In this document: positions 48,490 through 59,971 of the stretch, piece after piece | Layout of the letters: every line of letters starts with the position of its first letter | How positions within the stretch are numbered: the first letter of the stretch is position 1 | Origin: Neophaeotheca triangularis | Taxonomy: Eukaryota | Direction: 5' to 3' | DNA length: 64,000 nt | Assembly: GCA_054600435.1 (NCBI GenBank) | Contig: BAAIJX010000025.1 | Location: forward strand, 1-64,000 | Translations under genes and position numbers: made by a program | Notes under the pieces: generated by a model | Database searches by the model: none | Told to the model about the DNA's origin: nothing | What the model saw: the letters and a program-made list of their open reading frames with translations, nothing else

Positions 48490-50226
48490 ATGGCATCGAA
48501 TGACCCGGGCCTTGCGCCCTCGAGCGCACCAGCAGAAGACCCGACTCGTGGCGCAGTTGAAGAAGGAAAGAACGGCACCATCATAGAAGACGACCGTCCA
48601 GTGGCACCAGACCAACTCGACCCGAGATGGGAAACCACTAAGTGGGAAGTCTGGGCTTATTACAGCTATTACATTGGACACAACGGACTCGCGCTCTTCA
48701 ATTTTGCTCCCACGGCGGCGCAAAATCTGCTGTATCAACATGCCGAACGCATTGGCGGGGCTGGAAATGACATTATCGTCTTCGCTGGTGGTCGGAAAAC
48801 CATTAACTCTGTCATCTTACTTGCCAATGGATGGAGTTTTGCGATTCAAATCGTGGTGTTCCTGGTTTTGGGCTCCTTTGCCGATTTTGGGACGTTCAGG
48901 CCAAACATTCTCATAGTTCTCTCGATAATTGCATACGGCATCTCCTTCGGCTGGCTCGGAGTGCATACCGAAGAAGAATGGGAAGCAGGGCTGGCACTGT
49001 ACATTATCGGTCTCATCGCCTACCAGCTCTGCCTCACCTACTGGACGGCCGCATTTCCTGGCCTTGCGCGAAACACACCCCTCATGCGGACCAAAGCCGC
49101 CGAATTTGAGAGCGGTGATCTCACGCGTACAGAGTATGACCATGTAGACTCGATGAAACGCAACGAGATTGCCAACACGGCTTTTTACGTCCAGAGCTGC
49201 GGCGAGCTGGTTATATTGGCCGTCATTGTCGGCATCATGTTCGGAATCGACGTCAACGCCAGCACCGCGAACAACAATTGGGGGTTGAGCGTCCTCATTA
49301 CGTTCGCTACCAGTTGCTGGTTGCTGTTGAGCTTGCCGTGGTTCTGGCTGGAAAAGCGTCGACCAGGTCAAGACCCGGGTATGAATATCATCATCGCTGG
49401 GTTTTGGCAGCTGTACCGGGCTGTAACGCAAATCTGGCGGTTGAGGCAGAGTCTCTTCTATCTGATAGGGTACTTTTTGCTGGGAGATTCGCTAAACACA
49501 ACGGTTACCGTGATTGCAACTTTGCAGAATGAGATTGTCGCGTACAATACGCTGCAGCTGACTTATCTGCTCATTGTGGGTATTGCGGCGCAGGCGGTGG
49601 GTATCTTCGGTTTCTGGCAGATTCAAAAGCGGTATGGGCTCTCGACCAAGACCATGTTCAATGCCGTCGCTGTCGGCATCATAATTCTCGACGGTTGGGG
49701 GTTATGTGGGATTTGGACTGATAGTGAGTCGAGCAACATGGGCGGAAAGCAATCAATCTACAGCATGCTGACTTGAAAAGGATTCGGATTCCACAACCTC
49801 TGGGAAGTCTGGGTCTATCAGGCCTTCTATGGCCTCTTTGTCTGCCCCTGGTACAGCTACTCTCAGATTGTATGCTTGATTTCAACTCAATCCACTGACA
49901 GATCCGCTAACGAAATAACTCAGATGATTTCCGAGGTGACTCCCCGCGGCAAAGAGTTTCTCTTCTTCTCGCTCTTTAGCATCATCGGCAAGACTAGCAG
50001 TTTCATCGGGCCCTTGGTGTCTTCGGCTATCATCGACGCAAGCCCAAGTCACAACAACTCAATGCCGTTTGCATTCTTATTGGCGTTGAGTGTTGTCAGC
50101 GCTGCGTTCATTTTCTTCTGTGTCGATCTACGCAAGAGCCGGGAGGAGCAAGCGGTATTCTTGGAAGAGGAGAGGTTGGCCAAGACCAAGGTCGTCGGCC
50201 GGAATAATGAGGCCAAGGTAATTTGA
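48490..50226 (+). CDS. ATG22: Atg22-family vacuolar amino-acid efflux MFS transporter (3 exons)
   Basis: WEVWAYYSYY, LEKRRPGQ, YFLLGDSLNTT, MISEVTPRGKEFLFFSLFSIIGKTSSFIGP; multiple TM helices. Confidence 0.88.
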
Positions 50227-50628
50227 TGGTCTGCTATGTAGGATTGGAGCCTACCGAGGTATCTACTGTATGTAGAAGTTGATTACGCGCCGTGACCGCC
50301 AGCTCAGGAGCGGATCTCAAGTGTCTGGCGGCTTCCGTTGGTGTTTGGCAGCAACGCGACTTACTCATATCTGGCAGTCTGACATCGCGAATTGCAAGAG
50401 CAAATACCGGACTCGAATCCAGAGTCTGAGGTGCGTACCCTTTGCTATTGCCCGGCTGCGTTTCGTTGGTCATGTACCGAGCGGCTGGTATTCTTTACTT
50501 CAACACTATCTGGAAAACGGGGGGCATACTGGATCACTTCTCCCGCAGCCTGTAGAATTACTCAAGACTTCGATAAAACTAGATAGAACTTCTAGCTACC
50601 ATTGGCAAATCAACATCGAGCCGTTGCA

Positions 50629-52017
50629 ATGGTGTCTACGGTAGACCCAACAGGAAACACCCTTCCTCGTAACAAGCGGTTTGCGAATGGTCATCCACTG
50701 CAAGATTGTGCTTCCCTCCAGCTCAAACACGAGACAGTTCATGGACCCATCCAATTCCTCGACCCAACCCGCGCTCATTACGATCATGTGTTGTCGGCAG
50801 GAATACCCTCTTCTAGCGATGGCTCGCCAGAAACCACATCGTTGGACGGCCCTACAATCACCGAAGACCCGGGGAAGCCGGCCACGAACATTAGCTACAT
50901 GTGGACATCGCGTAACAACCGCAAAGGAAGGCATGCTATGATTGTCAAGCCTCGCGAGACCGCCAACACCGAATACCATACCCCTCCCGTTACTTCGTCT
51001 CCGAGAGAAGTTGCTCGCGGCATCTGGAGGATGCTCACGTACTACCCAGTCTGGGATGTGTCATACCTTGTTGCCTTTATCTTCACTTGGGGCAGCGTTA
51101 TCTGGGTCATCAACGGCTTCTTAATTTTTTTACCCCAGACCAACCCCGGAAGCGTGACCAAGCATCAGGAGGAATACGGAGGCGGTATCACAGCGTTGAT
51201 TGGCGCGACCGTCTTTGAGATTGGCAGTGTCTTGTTGATGCTGGAGGCCGTGAACAAGAATCACGCCGGCTGTCTTGGTTGGGCGATCAAGCGCATTCCT
51301 CACGACCACAGCTCTCGATCAACGGATCAGGGTCTGCATACCCATCACGTCGTTCCAGACCACAATGCCTGTACGCATCACCACGCGAATCGCGGCAGCC
51401 TCGTCGGCCCTACCAAGACGACTGGTTCAGAGAGCGCCATCGTGTCGACAGAAAAGACAGAAGACATTATTCGCTCCTGGTCATGGATGCCAACCCGCGA
51501 TGAGCTGCGCACTAAATATCTCCACGACATCGGCTTCATCGCCAGCTCGTGGCAAATGTTCGGGGCCACCGTCTTCTACATCTCCGGCTTCACGTCCATG
51601 CCTAGCATTCACAATAGCCTCTCCCCGACGTCCAAGCTCGTTCTCTACTGGGTTCCTCAGATCATTGGGGGTACCGGCTTCATCATCAGCGGCACTGTGT
51701 TAATGATCGAGACGCAGCGGCATTAGTGGTTGCCAGCGCCGCGGAGTCTCGGTTGGCACATTGGTGCTTGGAACCTGGTGGGTGGTATTGGTTTCACGCT
51801 TTGTCCGCTCTTTGGGTTGTACGAGAGTGAGGAGCGACCTTGGGTGAAGTTTCAGGTCATGTGCAGTACATTCTGGGGTGAGTGGTTTCCGAATTGTCAT
51901 TGATGGCTGGGCCAATGCTGACTTGCTTCCGAAGGTAGCCGGGCCTTCCTTGTAGGAAGTGCTATCCAGTGGTACGAGAGTTTGGAGAAGTATCCCGTCG
52001 AGAAGGAGAGGGTGTGA
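50629..52017 (+). CDS. Integral membrane protein (YrhK-like repeats) interrupted by in-frame TAG at 51724-51726
   Basis: WTSRNNRKGRH, YPVWDVSYLVAFIFTWGS, FEIGSVLLMLEAVN; after TAG the frame continues WLPAPRSLGWHIGAWNLVGGIGFTLCP...STFW, intron 51878-51934, then GSRAFLVGSAIQWYESL. Confidence 0.8.
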
Positions 52018-53789
52018 ATGGATCGAGGCCCGTGAGAGACGTATTCTTTCTATGCACCTACTGTAGGCACGCAGCATTAGCTCTGCTACCAAGCCCAAAC
52101 CCGAACCCTCAAGACGACTTCATTTCTAAAACTCATAGAAGGTATAGCACCCTGCCCACGGCGGCTCGGACTTGGCAAGCGGCTCCTCTTCTCCAGGCTT
52201 CCGTCAAGCAATGACCGAAAGCGACTGATGAAAAGTGCAATTGTGGTGAACCATCAAAAATTCCACCAGTGAGGCCCCCGAAGGAGACTCATGCAGAGAC
52301 TCTACCGCGCTGTGCAATGCAGAGAGTCTCCACACCCGGAAGGCATGCGTGAGCGCCCACGGGCTGGCAAGGTAAGTATGGAGAGAGAAGAGAGGAAGAG
52401 GAAGCCGGCAGGAAGGGCAACTTGGTTTTGTGCCTGCGTGAAGCCCGTGCATGTCACTAGCGTGATGGCTTGTTCCGCTGAGCGTGATCAAATATTCGCT
52501 TGCGCTGAATTTCGCCTGAGGCACCCCTTTAGTGAATCCAGGACGCACAAGTCTATCCTTTGTAGCAGAATCAATGGCGTGCGACGGGTATGACTGTGAA
52601 CCCTCACTTATAGCCAAGCATACTATCAGACTACCACCTCGAGGTCCATGCCAATCTCAAGCATACCTTTTACAATCCGGTTGCGGCGGTCGACGAAGTT
52701 GTCTTGAAGCCTCGGTCCGGAGCAGGTGCTAGCCTCAGCAGCTCGTTGCGGTAGTCAAACTCCCATTTAGCCGCCGCACATTTCAACGCTTCGTTTGTAC
52801 CTCAGACTGAGTGTAGGAGATCAGGAGGCAAGAGAAGACAATACACCACCGGCTTTGCCTAGTCACTAACTCCTCCACAATCAACCATTGGGACTTATGC
52901 TTCACGAACTTAAAGCAGTAACAGGAAATCCGCAGCATCATTGTTGAACTCTGACCGTCCTGTTTCGATCGAGCAAACTCATTAGCTAACAACGACTTCA
53001 TGTAGGCGTAAGTGAATCATCCGAAGACAGAGAGCTAGGCTTGGGCGACGTGCTCTTGATCAACATATCTCCGGTGACTAGACAAATGCGGGGCAGAGAC
53101 CACTGGTCATCTTTAGTCAGTAGGATCTCGTCAATGGTCCCCTGCAACCTACATGCATATGGTAAGGGGCACGCAGAGCGCTTCTCTTTGTTGAGGCGTA
53201 TATGTGCCCCCATAGACAAGACAGGGTCGTCGAGCGACACACAAGCTTTCTAATCAAGAACAATGGCCTTTGACTGCCACTCCCTCGTTGAGTGGTATCC
53301 TGATTTGGTCACTGTTAGATTCTAGTTATCAGCGACTTCGATGCTAAGAAGATGTCCTTGAACAAGGTTGCGCAGCCTGTGCTTGTTCAAAAGGAGATGG
53401 CAACGGTGGCTGGATCCCTTACGGCCTTTCAGCTATGGTCGCTGGTATCCTATTGCCCTTAGTGTCGTCCGAGGATCGAGAAATGAGTACATCAATGATG
53501 CCCAATTCAATCAACCTGAACACCTTAGGTCACTAGGCTTCTCACTCAACTGCATGCAAAATCGGTCGAGGGTACGCGCGGAAGTAAGCGTGCCATGGAC
53601 CGATTTTGCATGCACATGCTTGGCTTCTGTAAACAGGATAGACCACTTATTTCTGACGCTGGACGCGAAAAGGTGTCTGATGCCACAAAGCCCAGAGCCA
53701 CGGTGAAAATAAATAAGACAGGTAGATCAAGTCATACGTAATTCGTGAGATCGTGGCAATCGCCCCCTTGCTGCGTTCAACGAGACTTC

Positions 53790-55673
53790 TCACCAAGAAT
53801 ACTGCTCAACAGCCACGTCCACATCCATACCTCGCCGCACAAGACTAGCACATGTATTGCGGACAGACCGGTTCATGCCATCTGGCCCTGAAACAACGAC
53901 TCCAGCAGTCCCGCTTTCCTCCAGGGACTCGGATACTATCCCGCCCACCATTCCTGAAACGTCAGGCCTGCCATGCGTCGCTGTAGGGCTCGGCACGACG
54001 AGGTTGAGACCCTTATCCTTCAGCTCGTCCAGCCGTTCCTGCCCTAGCCAAGAGACGTGAGATGCCTCGTGAATCACCCAAATGAGGTAGACTCTCTGGC
54101 GTGTAGAGGCCGTCTCAGCGTCAGACCTACCGTCGCAAAGCAAGCTCCATAGCAATGGATAAGCGACGGCAATTCCAGATCCTCCTGCCACGATTATGCT
54201 GAGGTCGCTCGACCGCAGCATTTCCAAGGCGTGCAAGGAGCCGTATGGCCCGTCTAGCCGAACGGCAACGGAAGCATACATCCTGGCGTACTCGAGTAAA
54301 TCCCTTGAAAAGCCATCGTGAGCTCGGACAATGAGGTTGAACCAGGCATGTGACTGGTCTTTGCCTGGCGCTGCTGATGCTATAGTGAAAGGATGGGCTT
54401 GGACGATGTGCTTGCGCGCCAACGCAGGGACGGTGAGGAAGATATGCTCAGACGGCCGCCAGCCGCGAGCTGTACTGAGAACGTCGCGTCTCGTAAACCA
54501 GCTGGATAGGCTGATTGCTGTTGTGGGCCAGTCTGCGGATACCAAGACCGTCTCAGCATCTTCCATTACGGTCAAGTCGGCCCGCACGGTTCGAGTCTTC
54601 AGCAGCAACCTGAAAATTAGCCGATCGATTAGAAACACGGCCAGAGTTATGGCTACATAGGTACGGCATCCTTGGTGATGGAACCAAAGGAACACCAACG
54701 CAGCCGTCTGTAGCACGACATGCAGCGCAAGGAACAACTCGTACCATCTCTGACGAAAGCTTGCGAGAGAGGTCAAGTAAAGTATCTCGTAGCATGCAAA
54801 CGCACCAATGCCAAGCAAGATGATCTTCAGGAGCAGGAAATGCCAGAGGGTCTCTCCCGATGGTCGAAAGTAATACCACCAGGTAACGAGCATGCTAGCT
54901 CCGTGGACTACGGCGAGGGAGCACAAGATTTCTCCCAGACGCCGATGAAGGATGTTGAGACTTTCGTAGGAGTGGCCAGTCAGATGCTTGAGGGGCTGGT
55001 TCTTGGCCGAAAGGATGTATAGCCATGGTAGATTCGCCACAAACAGCAAGCCACTGCGGTCGCCCAAAGCGAATGACATGGGTGCGGTTATTGGGATCTT
55101 GTAGAAAGTATACCACACATTTAAGCCGAGAACCGTGAATACCATCAATGTCGTGGCGTTCGAGGGCAGCTTCTTGTTCACAATGGGGATTGGCCGCGGT
55201 TGGTACATCAATGCGGCTGGCAGGACTGCTATGATGCGACTAATCGAAGACGGGGGATCGCGTGCGTGATATTCATGAAGCAAAGGAGCCCGTTGGTCGC
55301 CCTCGTCTTTGTTCCATAGTGGTGGCGTTGCGTTACCCTCCAAGGTACTGCTCGAAGAGCTCGAAGAGAATGTATTGCTCGGTGATGTTGCAGTCGTAGT
55401 ATTGGCACTTCGAGCAGTCTTTACGCCATTCCTATTTCTCCAGCGGCGGCGTTGTTGCAACACAATGTTGAGATGCCACAGCGAGAAGAACAGGACTACA
55501 CCGAGCAGCGCGATCTGATAAGTAACGATGAACCACTGGTTGAATGCGATCAACGCCCGTAACTCGCGCTCGGTCTCATCAGCATCTCTCGGGGACTTAG
55601 TGACGACTTCATTCCTGCCATCTTTCGGTCCCTCCACGATACCGAATGAAGCACTGAGAGGGAGGCTCTCCAT
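53790..55673 (-). CDS. Ferric reductase-like transmembrane protein (FRE/NOX family)
   Basis: Heme histidines LNILHRRLG / VVHG / LALHVV / WFHH; FAD HPFTIAS; DGPYG; NADPH VAGGSGI; ends EQYSW. Confidence 0.92.
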   Translation of the reverse strand: MESLPLSASFGIVEGPKDGRNEVVTKSPRDADETERELRALIAFNQWFIVTYQIALLGVVLFFSLWHLNIVLQQRRRWRNRNGVKTARSANTTTATSPSNTFSSSSSSSTLEGNATPPLWNKDEGDQRAPLLHEYHARDPPSSISRIIAVLPAALMYQPRPIPIVNKKLPSNATTLMVFTVLGLNVWYTFYKIPITAPMSFALGDRSGLLFVANLPWLYILSAKNQPLKHLTGHSYESLNILHRRLGEILCSLAVVHGASMLVTWWYYFRPSGETLWHFLLLKIILLGIGAFACYEILYLTSLASFRQRWYELFLALHVVLQTAALVFLWFHHQGCRTYVAITLAVFLIDRLIFRLLLKTRTVRADLTVMEDAETVLVSADWPTTAISLSSWFTRRDVLSTARGWRPSEHIFLTVPALARKHIVQAHPFTIASAAPGKDQSHAWFNLIVRAHDGFSRDLLEYARMYASVAVRLDGPYGSLHALEMLRSSDLSIIVAGGSGIAVAYPLLWSLLCDGRSDAETASTRQRVYLIWVIHEASHVSWLGQERLDELKDKGLNLVVPSPTATHGRPDVSGMVGGIVSESLEESGTAGVVVSGPDGMNRSVRNTCASLVRRGMDVDVAVEQYSW

Positions 55674-55960
55674 GGACAACGAAGGTGAGGGAGAGAGAAC
55701 GAGGGCGGAATGAGGATGGACGTGGTGAAACGGAGGACGGCGGCTGCAGCGGGAGCCAGCTGCATTTTTATCAGATCCATCTAATCTGCCGCGCCTTGTC
55801 GCCAAGCCAAGCTAGCTCCTCCCGTCGGAAGCGCACAAGCTCGAAAAGATACCTACCCTTTACCGAGCAGCTTTTTGCGACTTCAAACTTCTTTTCTTCT
55901 CCAGCGACCAACGAAAAACCCGGACACACCACAAAGCTCGACCAGCACAACTCCGTCGCC

Positions 55961-57287
55961 ATGGCCCCTCAGAAGCACCAGTCGTCTGTCAAGACGTATG
56001 TCACCACTCTCACAACCGCAGGAGCCTTCGGGTGAAGAGTTGCAGCACAGTCGGTCCGCTCAAGATTTGCTTGCTCCTATGCAGCATCCATACATACACA
56101 CACATGCACTCCAGTCCTGCACGTAGTCAAACTCTGACACGTCAGAATGTGGAGTGCGTTGCGCATCCATGTCGAAAGGCATTGGCAGCATCTCGCTCAG
56201 CGAGGCTTTGTCGGATGAGCACCGCCCATGGTGTCTCACCGATGAAATTCCACTCTTCATGAGTGTGTTGCGGAGAATGCATGAGAGCCAGACCACTGTG
56301 CCGCAATTCTTCGCTCGGAGCTTCATAGCTTCAAGCGGACCGACTGACAGTGTTGTATAGGAGCGTCCCTACCCAGGACCAGATCCTCGTCCCCGAGACT
56401 CTTCTCAAGAAGCGCAAGTCCCAGGAGAAGGAGCGCGCCCAGAAGCAGGAGGACCGTGACGCCAAGAAGAAGGTAAGCAGCAGCATGAGCTTTTCCTTTT
56501 CCCCCTGCGTAGTGATGATATTTACCCAACCTCGGCTAGCCTTTTTGCGATGCTGCCTGTTTGTTAACCATCTTTCGGGACTGATACACCCCCCTCTTCA
56601 CCATTTGCATCTCGTTCAGCTTTGTACGAACGCTGGTTGCTGACAGTGCAATTCCAGGAGAACAAGCAGAAGCGCGACCAGATCTTCAAGCGTGCCGAGT
56701 CCTACGTCAAGGAGTACCGCGATGCAGAGCGCGAGAAGGTCCGCTTGGCCCGTGTTGCAAAGCAGGAGGGCTCCTACTACGTCCCCGCCGAGCCCAAGCT
56801 CGTCTTCGTTATGCGTATCAAGGGTATCAACAAGATCGACCCTAAGAAGCGCAAGACCCTGCAGCTCCTCCGTCTCCTCCAGATCAACAACGGTGTCTTC
56901 GTCCGTCTGACCAAGGCTACCGTCGAGATGCTGAAGATCGTCGAGCCCTTCGTTGCCTACGGTTACCCCAACCTCAAGTCCGTCCGCGAGCTCATCTACA
57001 AGCGCGGATACGCCAAGACTGAGGGCAAGCAGCGCACTCCCCTCACCGACAACGCTGTCATCGAGGAGAACCTCGGCAAGTACGGCATTGTCTGCATGGA
57101 GGACTTGATCCACGAGATCTACACCGTCGGCCCCAACTTCAAGCAGGCCAGCAACTTCCTCTGGCCCTTCAAGCTCAGCAACCCCACTGGTGGCTTCAGG
57201 CCCCGCAAGTTCAAGCACTTCGTCGAGGGTGGTGACTTGGGCAACCGCGAGGAGTACATCAACCAGCTCATCAGGCAGATGAACTAG
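55961..57287 (+). CDS. RPL7: 60S ribosomal protein L7 (uL30); exons 55961-55995, 56361-56472, 56658-57287
   Basis: [73 protein letters not shown]. Confidence 0.97.
56509..56587 (+). ncRNA. Box C/D snoRNA (snR39/snR39B/snR59 family) in RPL7 intron 2
   Basis: Box C GTGATGA 56512-56518, box D CTGA 56581-56584, GTA/TAC stem; guide ACCATCTTTCGGG complementary to LSU rRNA CCCGAAAGATGGT. Confidence 0.88.
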
Positions 57288-57810
57288 GTTGTCTAGCTGA
57301 ATGCGCATCCTCGGCGTCGAAGAGTTTCAGGCTCTGCTGGACGGGATGCTGTCATCTAGTTAGCGTCAAATGCAGGTACTGGCGCCTCGTTGCGTCTAGA
57401 CTTTGAACTGCTAAAATTGATACCCATTTTCACTTCCTTTGATCCTGATATTGTTTATATGTGTGCTGTGGGTTGGAAGTGCCGTCTGATACAAGTGCCA
57501 ATTCTGTACAACCTAAGGACAACCTGGAAGGTTTCCATCTTGCTCTCTGATAGCTCGAGTCATATATGATATGTCCCATACGAGAGGACTACAATGTACC
57601 TCTCAAGGGTGATCGGTCCTGCGAGTTGGCAAATGGCTTTACATAAAACCTGTTCTCCCTCTACGTACATACCTGCGAACTTGACTACAAGTAGGGCTTG
57701 AACTGAATGAACGTTACAGCGTCTGGAGTTCTCAAGGGCATCAACAAACAGCCCACTCCATTCTCAAACAGCAAAAATCTAATTGAAAGCGAAAGGAAGA
57801 GCAAAAAAAC

Positions 57811-57912
57811 TGGACGAGATGGGTTTCGAACCCATGACCTTTCGCAGACGGCGAATTTCAAGTGAAGATTCTTGTATGCAAAGCGAACGCGCTACCACTG
57901 CGCCACACGCCC
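57811..57912 (-). tRNA. tRNA-Ala(TGC) with intron
   Basis: GGGCGTGTGGCGCAGTGGTAGCGC, TTCGC-TT-TGC-A[intron]T-GCGAA, GGTTCGAAACC, G3:U70 pair, downstream T-run. Confidence 0.93.
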
Positions 57913-58544
57913 CGGTCGTGATGGACATGCTTTCCGAGCATTAATTGTATATAATCCAAGACAATCTAGGGTTAGGGTTGGAGAATCTACAGAATGCGGA
58001 CTATACCACATTCCATTGGTCGGTCGGTGCTAATATCACGTTGTAGTCTCTCTCAGCAACGGACATAAGTAATCGAAGTGAGTCCCTGCGGACTTGAAAA
58101 GGTCTTGAGTTGAGGAGGACTAACATCTGTTGGGGACGGTTAGGATTTGCCTGACCACCTCGATAGATTTGTTTACGGGCCGGTAACTCACATTTTACAT
58201 CGTAGCTACCTAGTAGGACTAGTAGACAATGCCATTAAATGTGCCATGCATCCCTCTAAAGGATCCCAGGTAAGCCCCGGGGGTGACAGCACGATAAGGG
58301 ATTGTATGCCCGTTTCCTCTTCATACGTCGCTCAACTGAGCAGCACTTGCTCGTAACGGGACCTTGAGAATGGCTGCTTCCTGAGCCATCTCGCCACTGA
58401 CACGCTGGTCGAAAGAAGTCCATGCCAACAGCGGCCCCGGAGCTCGCTATCATCAAAAGGCTACCAAGGTGAAATCGAGCAAGCCGTCGGGAACATCCAC
58501 TCATCTCTTTATCTCATTGAAGCAGCAGTATCCAGCAGAGCAGT

Positions 58545-59757
58545 ATGACACACCCATCACGAGCCGGTAAGACGGCAAGAAATGGACCTGGCACCTTCCA
58601 CTACAGCAGGATCTGGAACAGCGAGGTCCACCAACGAAGGATGAGGCTAGTTGCGTACCAGCTCGCCATCGCCTTCAGTGTCGCATCTGGGGCACTAGGC
58701 ATCGCCGTCGTGATAGGTGAGTAGTGCTCTCAGAGCCGTCGGCCGAAGCAGTGGACGGTTCAAGCGTCAGGTCTCAATATTGACTCACTCCCAGCAGGTA
58801 GACCTGGTAGCAAAGACATCTTGCACGACCCCAACAGCCTCGAAATGATTCACTACCGCGACTACATCGTCATGGCCACCATCAATGCCTTAACAGGGCT
58901 CTTCATCGGGATCGTCTACGGCAGTGCTACTATCCTCGAACTCTGCCATCCCTGGCGCAAAGCAACACGCTACGTTCGCATGGCTTAGAGAGCCTGCTCC
59001 ATTTTGACGATCATCCTCGGCCTTGCCTCTGCCCTTGTGCTGACACTGGCGACGTTCGATGGTACATGTCACGAGAGTGGCGGCCTCGAGGATAGCGGAG
59101 GAGGGAGAAACCGGGACGGCTGCCGGCTACCACCGTATAAGCACCAAGCAGAAGCCATAGCTGCCGTGGCATTGGTCTGGCCGGCCTGGGTCTCGAGCTG
59201 TATCAGGTAAGTGAAGGAGAATTGCCGCCCTGGTATCTCTTGCACTAATGTCGATTTGCAGCTGTGTCCTTCTTCTCCACTCAACGCGTGACCGGAAGCA
59301 ACTTGGAAGCACTCACCGACCAGACCGCTGGCGCCAAGTCCCAGCACGTGACCGTGACACAGAGTCTGACAAAGAGAGGGAAGACGACGAACACCCACCT
59401 GGTCCTCGAGCCTCAACCGCCGTTACAACTACCGACACGCCGCCACGGCCTACTCAGCAAGTTGTGGAAAGCGTATCGCTACCCGAGGACTCTGTACACC
59501 TGACCCCAAGGCGTTCGCCGTGCACTTTGATGCCACCGAACCCGGCACCGCCTGAAGGGGAGTTGGACGACAGCGGGATCACGCACGAAAGCGATTTCAG
59601 TACCATGGCCAAGGGAGGAGGACGTGTTGAGAAGTTTACCTCGCAATTGAGGCCGCTGGGTAGCCTGAAAACCGGAGGTAGTGTCATACAACTCAGTCAC
59701 AGAAGTTTGGCGGCTTTGACGAGCGGTGTTGCTGGGGCAACTCGAGACTGTCGTTGA
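58545..59757 (+). CDS. Four-TM fungal membrane protein interrupted by in-frame TAG at 58986-58988 (3 exons)
   Basis: Exon 1 ...RLVAYQLAIAFSVASGALG; exon 2 ...ELCHPWRKATRYVRMA*RACSILTIILG...AIAAVALVWPAW; exon 3 SCVLLLHS...; canonical introns preserve the frame. Confidence 0.65.
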
Positions 59758-59971
59758 GAGGGCTGAGATGCTGCGGTATTGGTTCTGTGGTATCAAATTT
59801 GAATTGCTGTACTAGAAGTCAAGTGTTATTGTGTACAAGTTGAGAAGCACAGGAGGCGAGAGTCTCGTAAAGCCAAACATTCTCCACGTCAAACGTCCCT
59901 TCAACCCTCAGGATTCCATAGACATTATACAAACCCCAACGCCCTCGCTCAAGGCCAAGTATCCTCCCCAA

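Noticed and set aside
52020..53780. 1.8-kb gap between convergent genes with short ORFs
   Set aside because: May be a decayed gene or element, but I found no motif, terminal repeat or splice model to support a call.
57967..57980. TAGGGTTAGGGTT telomere-like repeat (also AAACCCTAACCC near 17038)
   Set aside because: Only about two units; too short to support an interstitial telomere.
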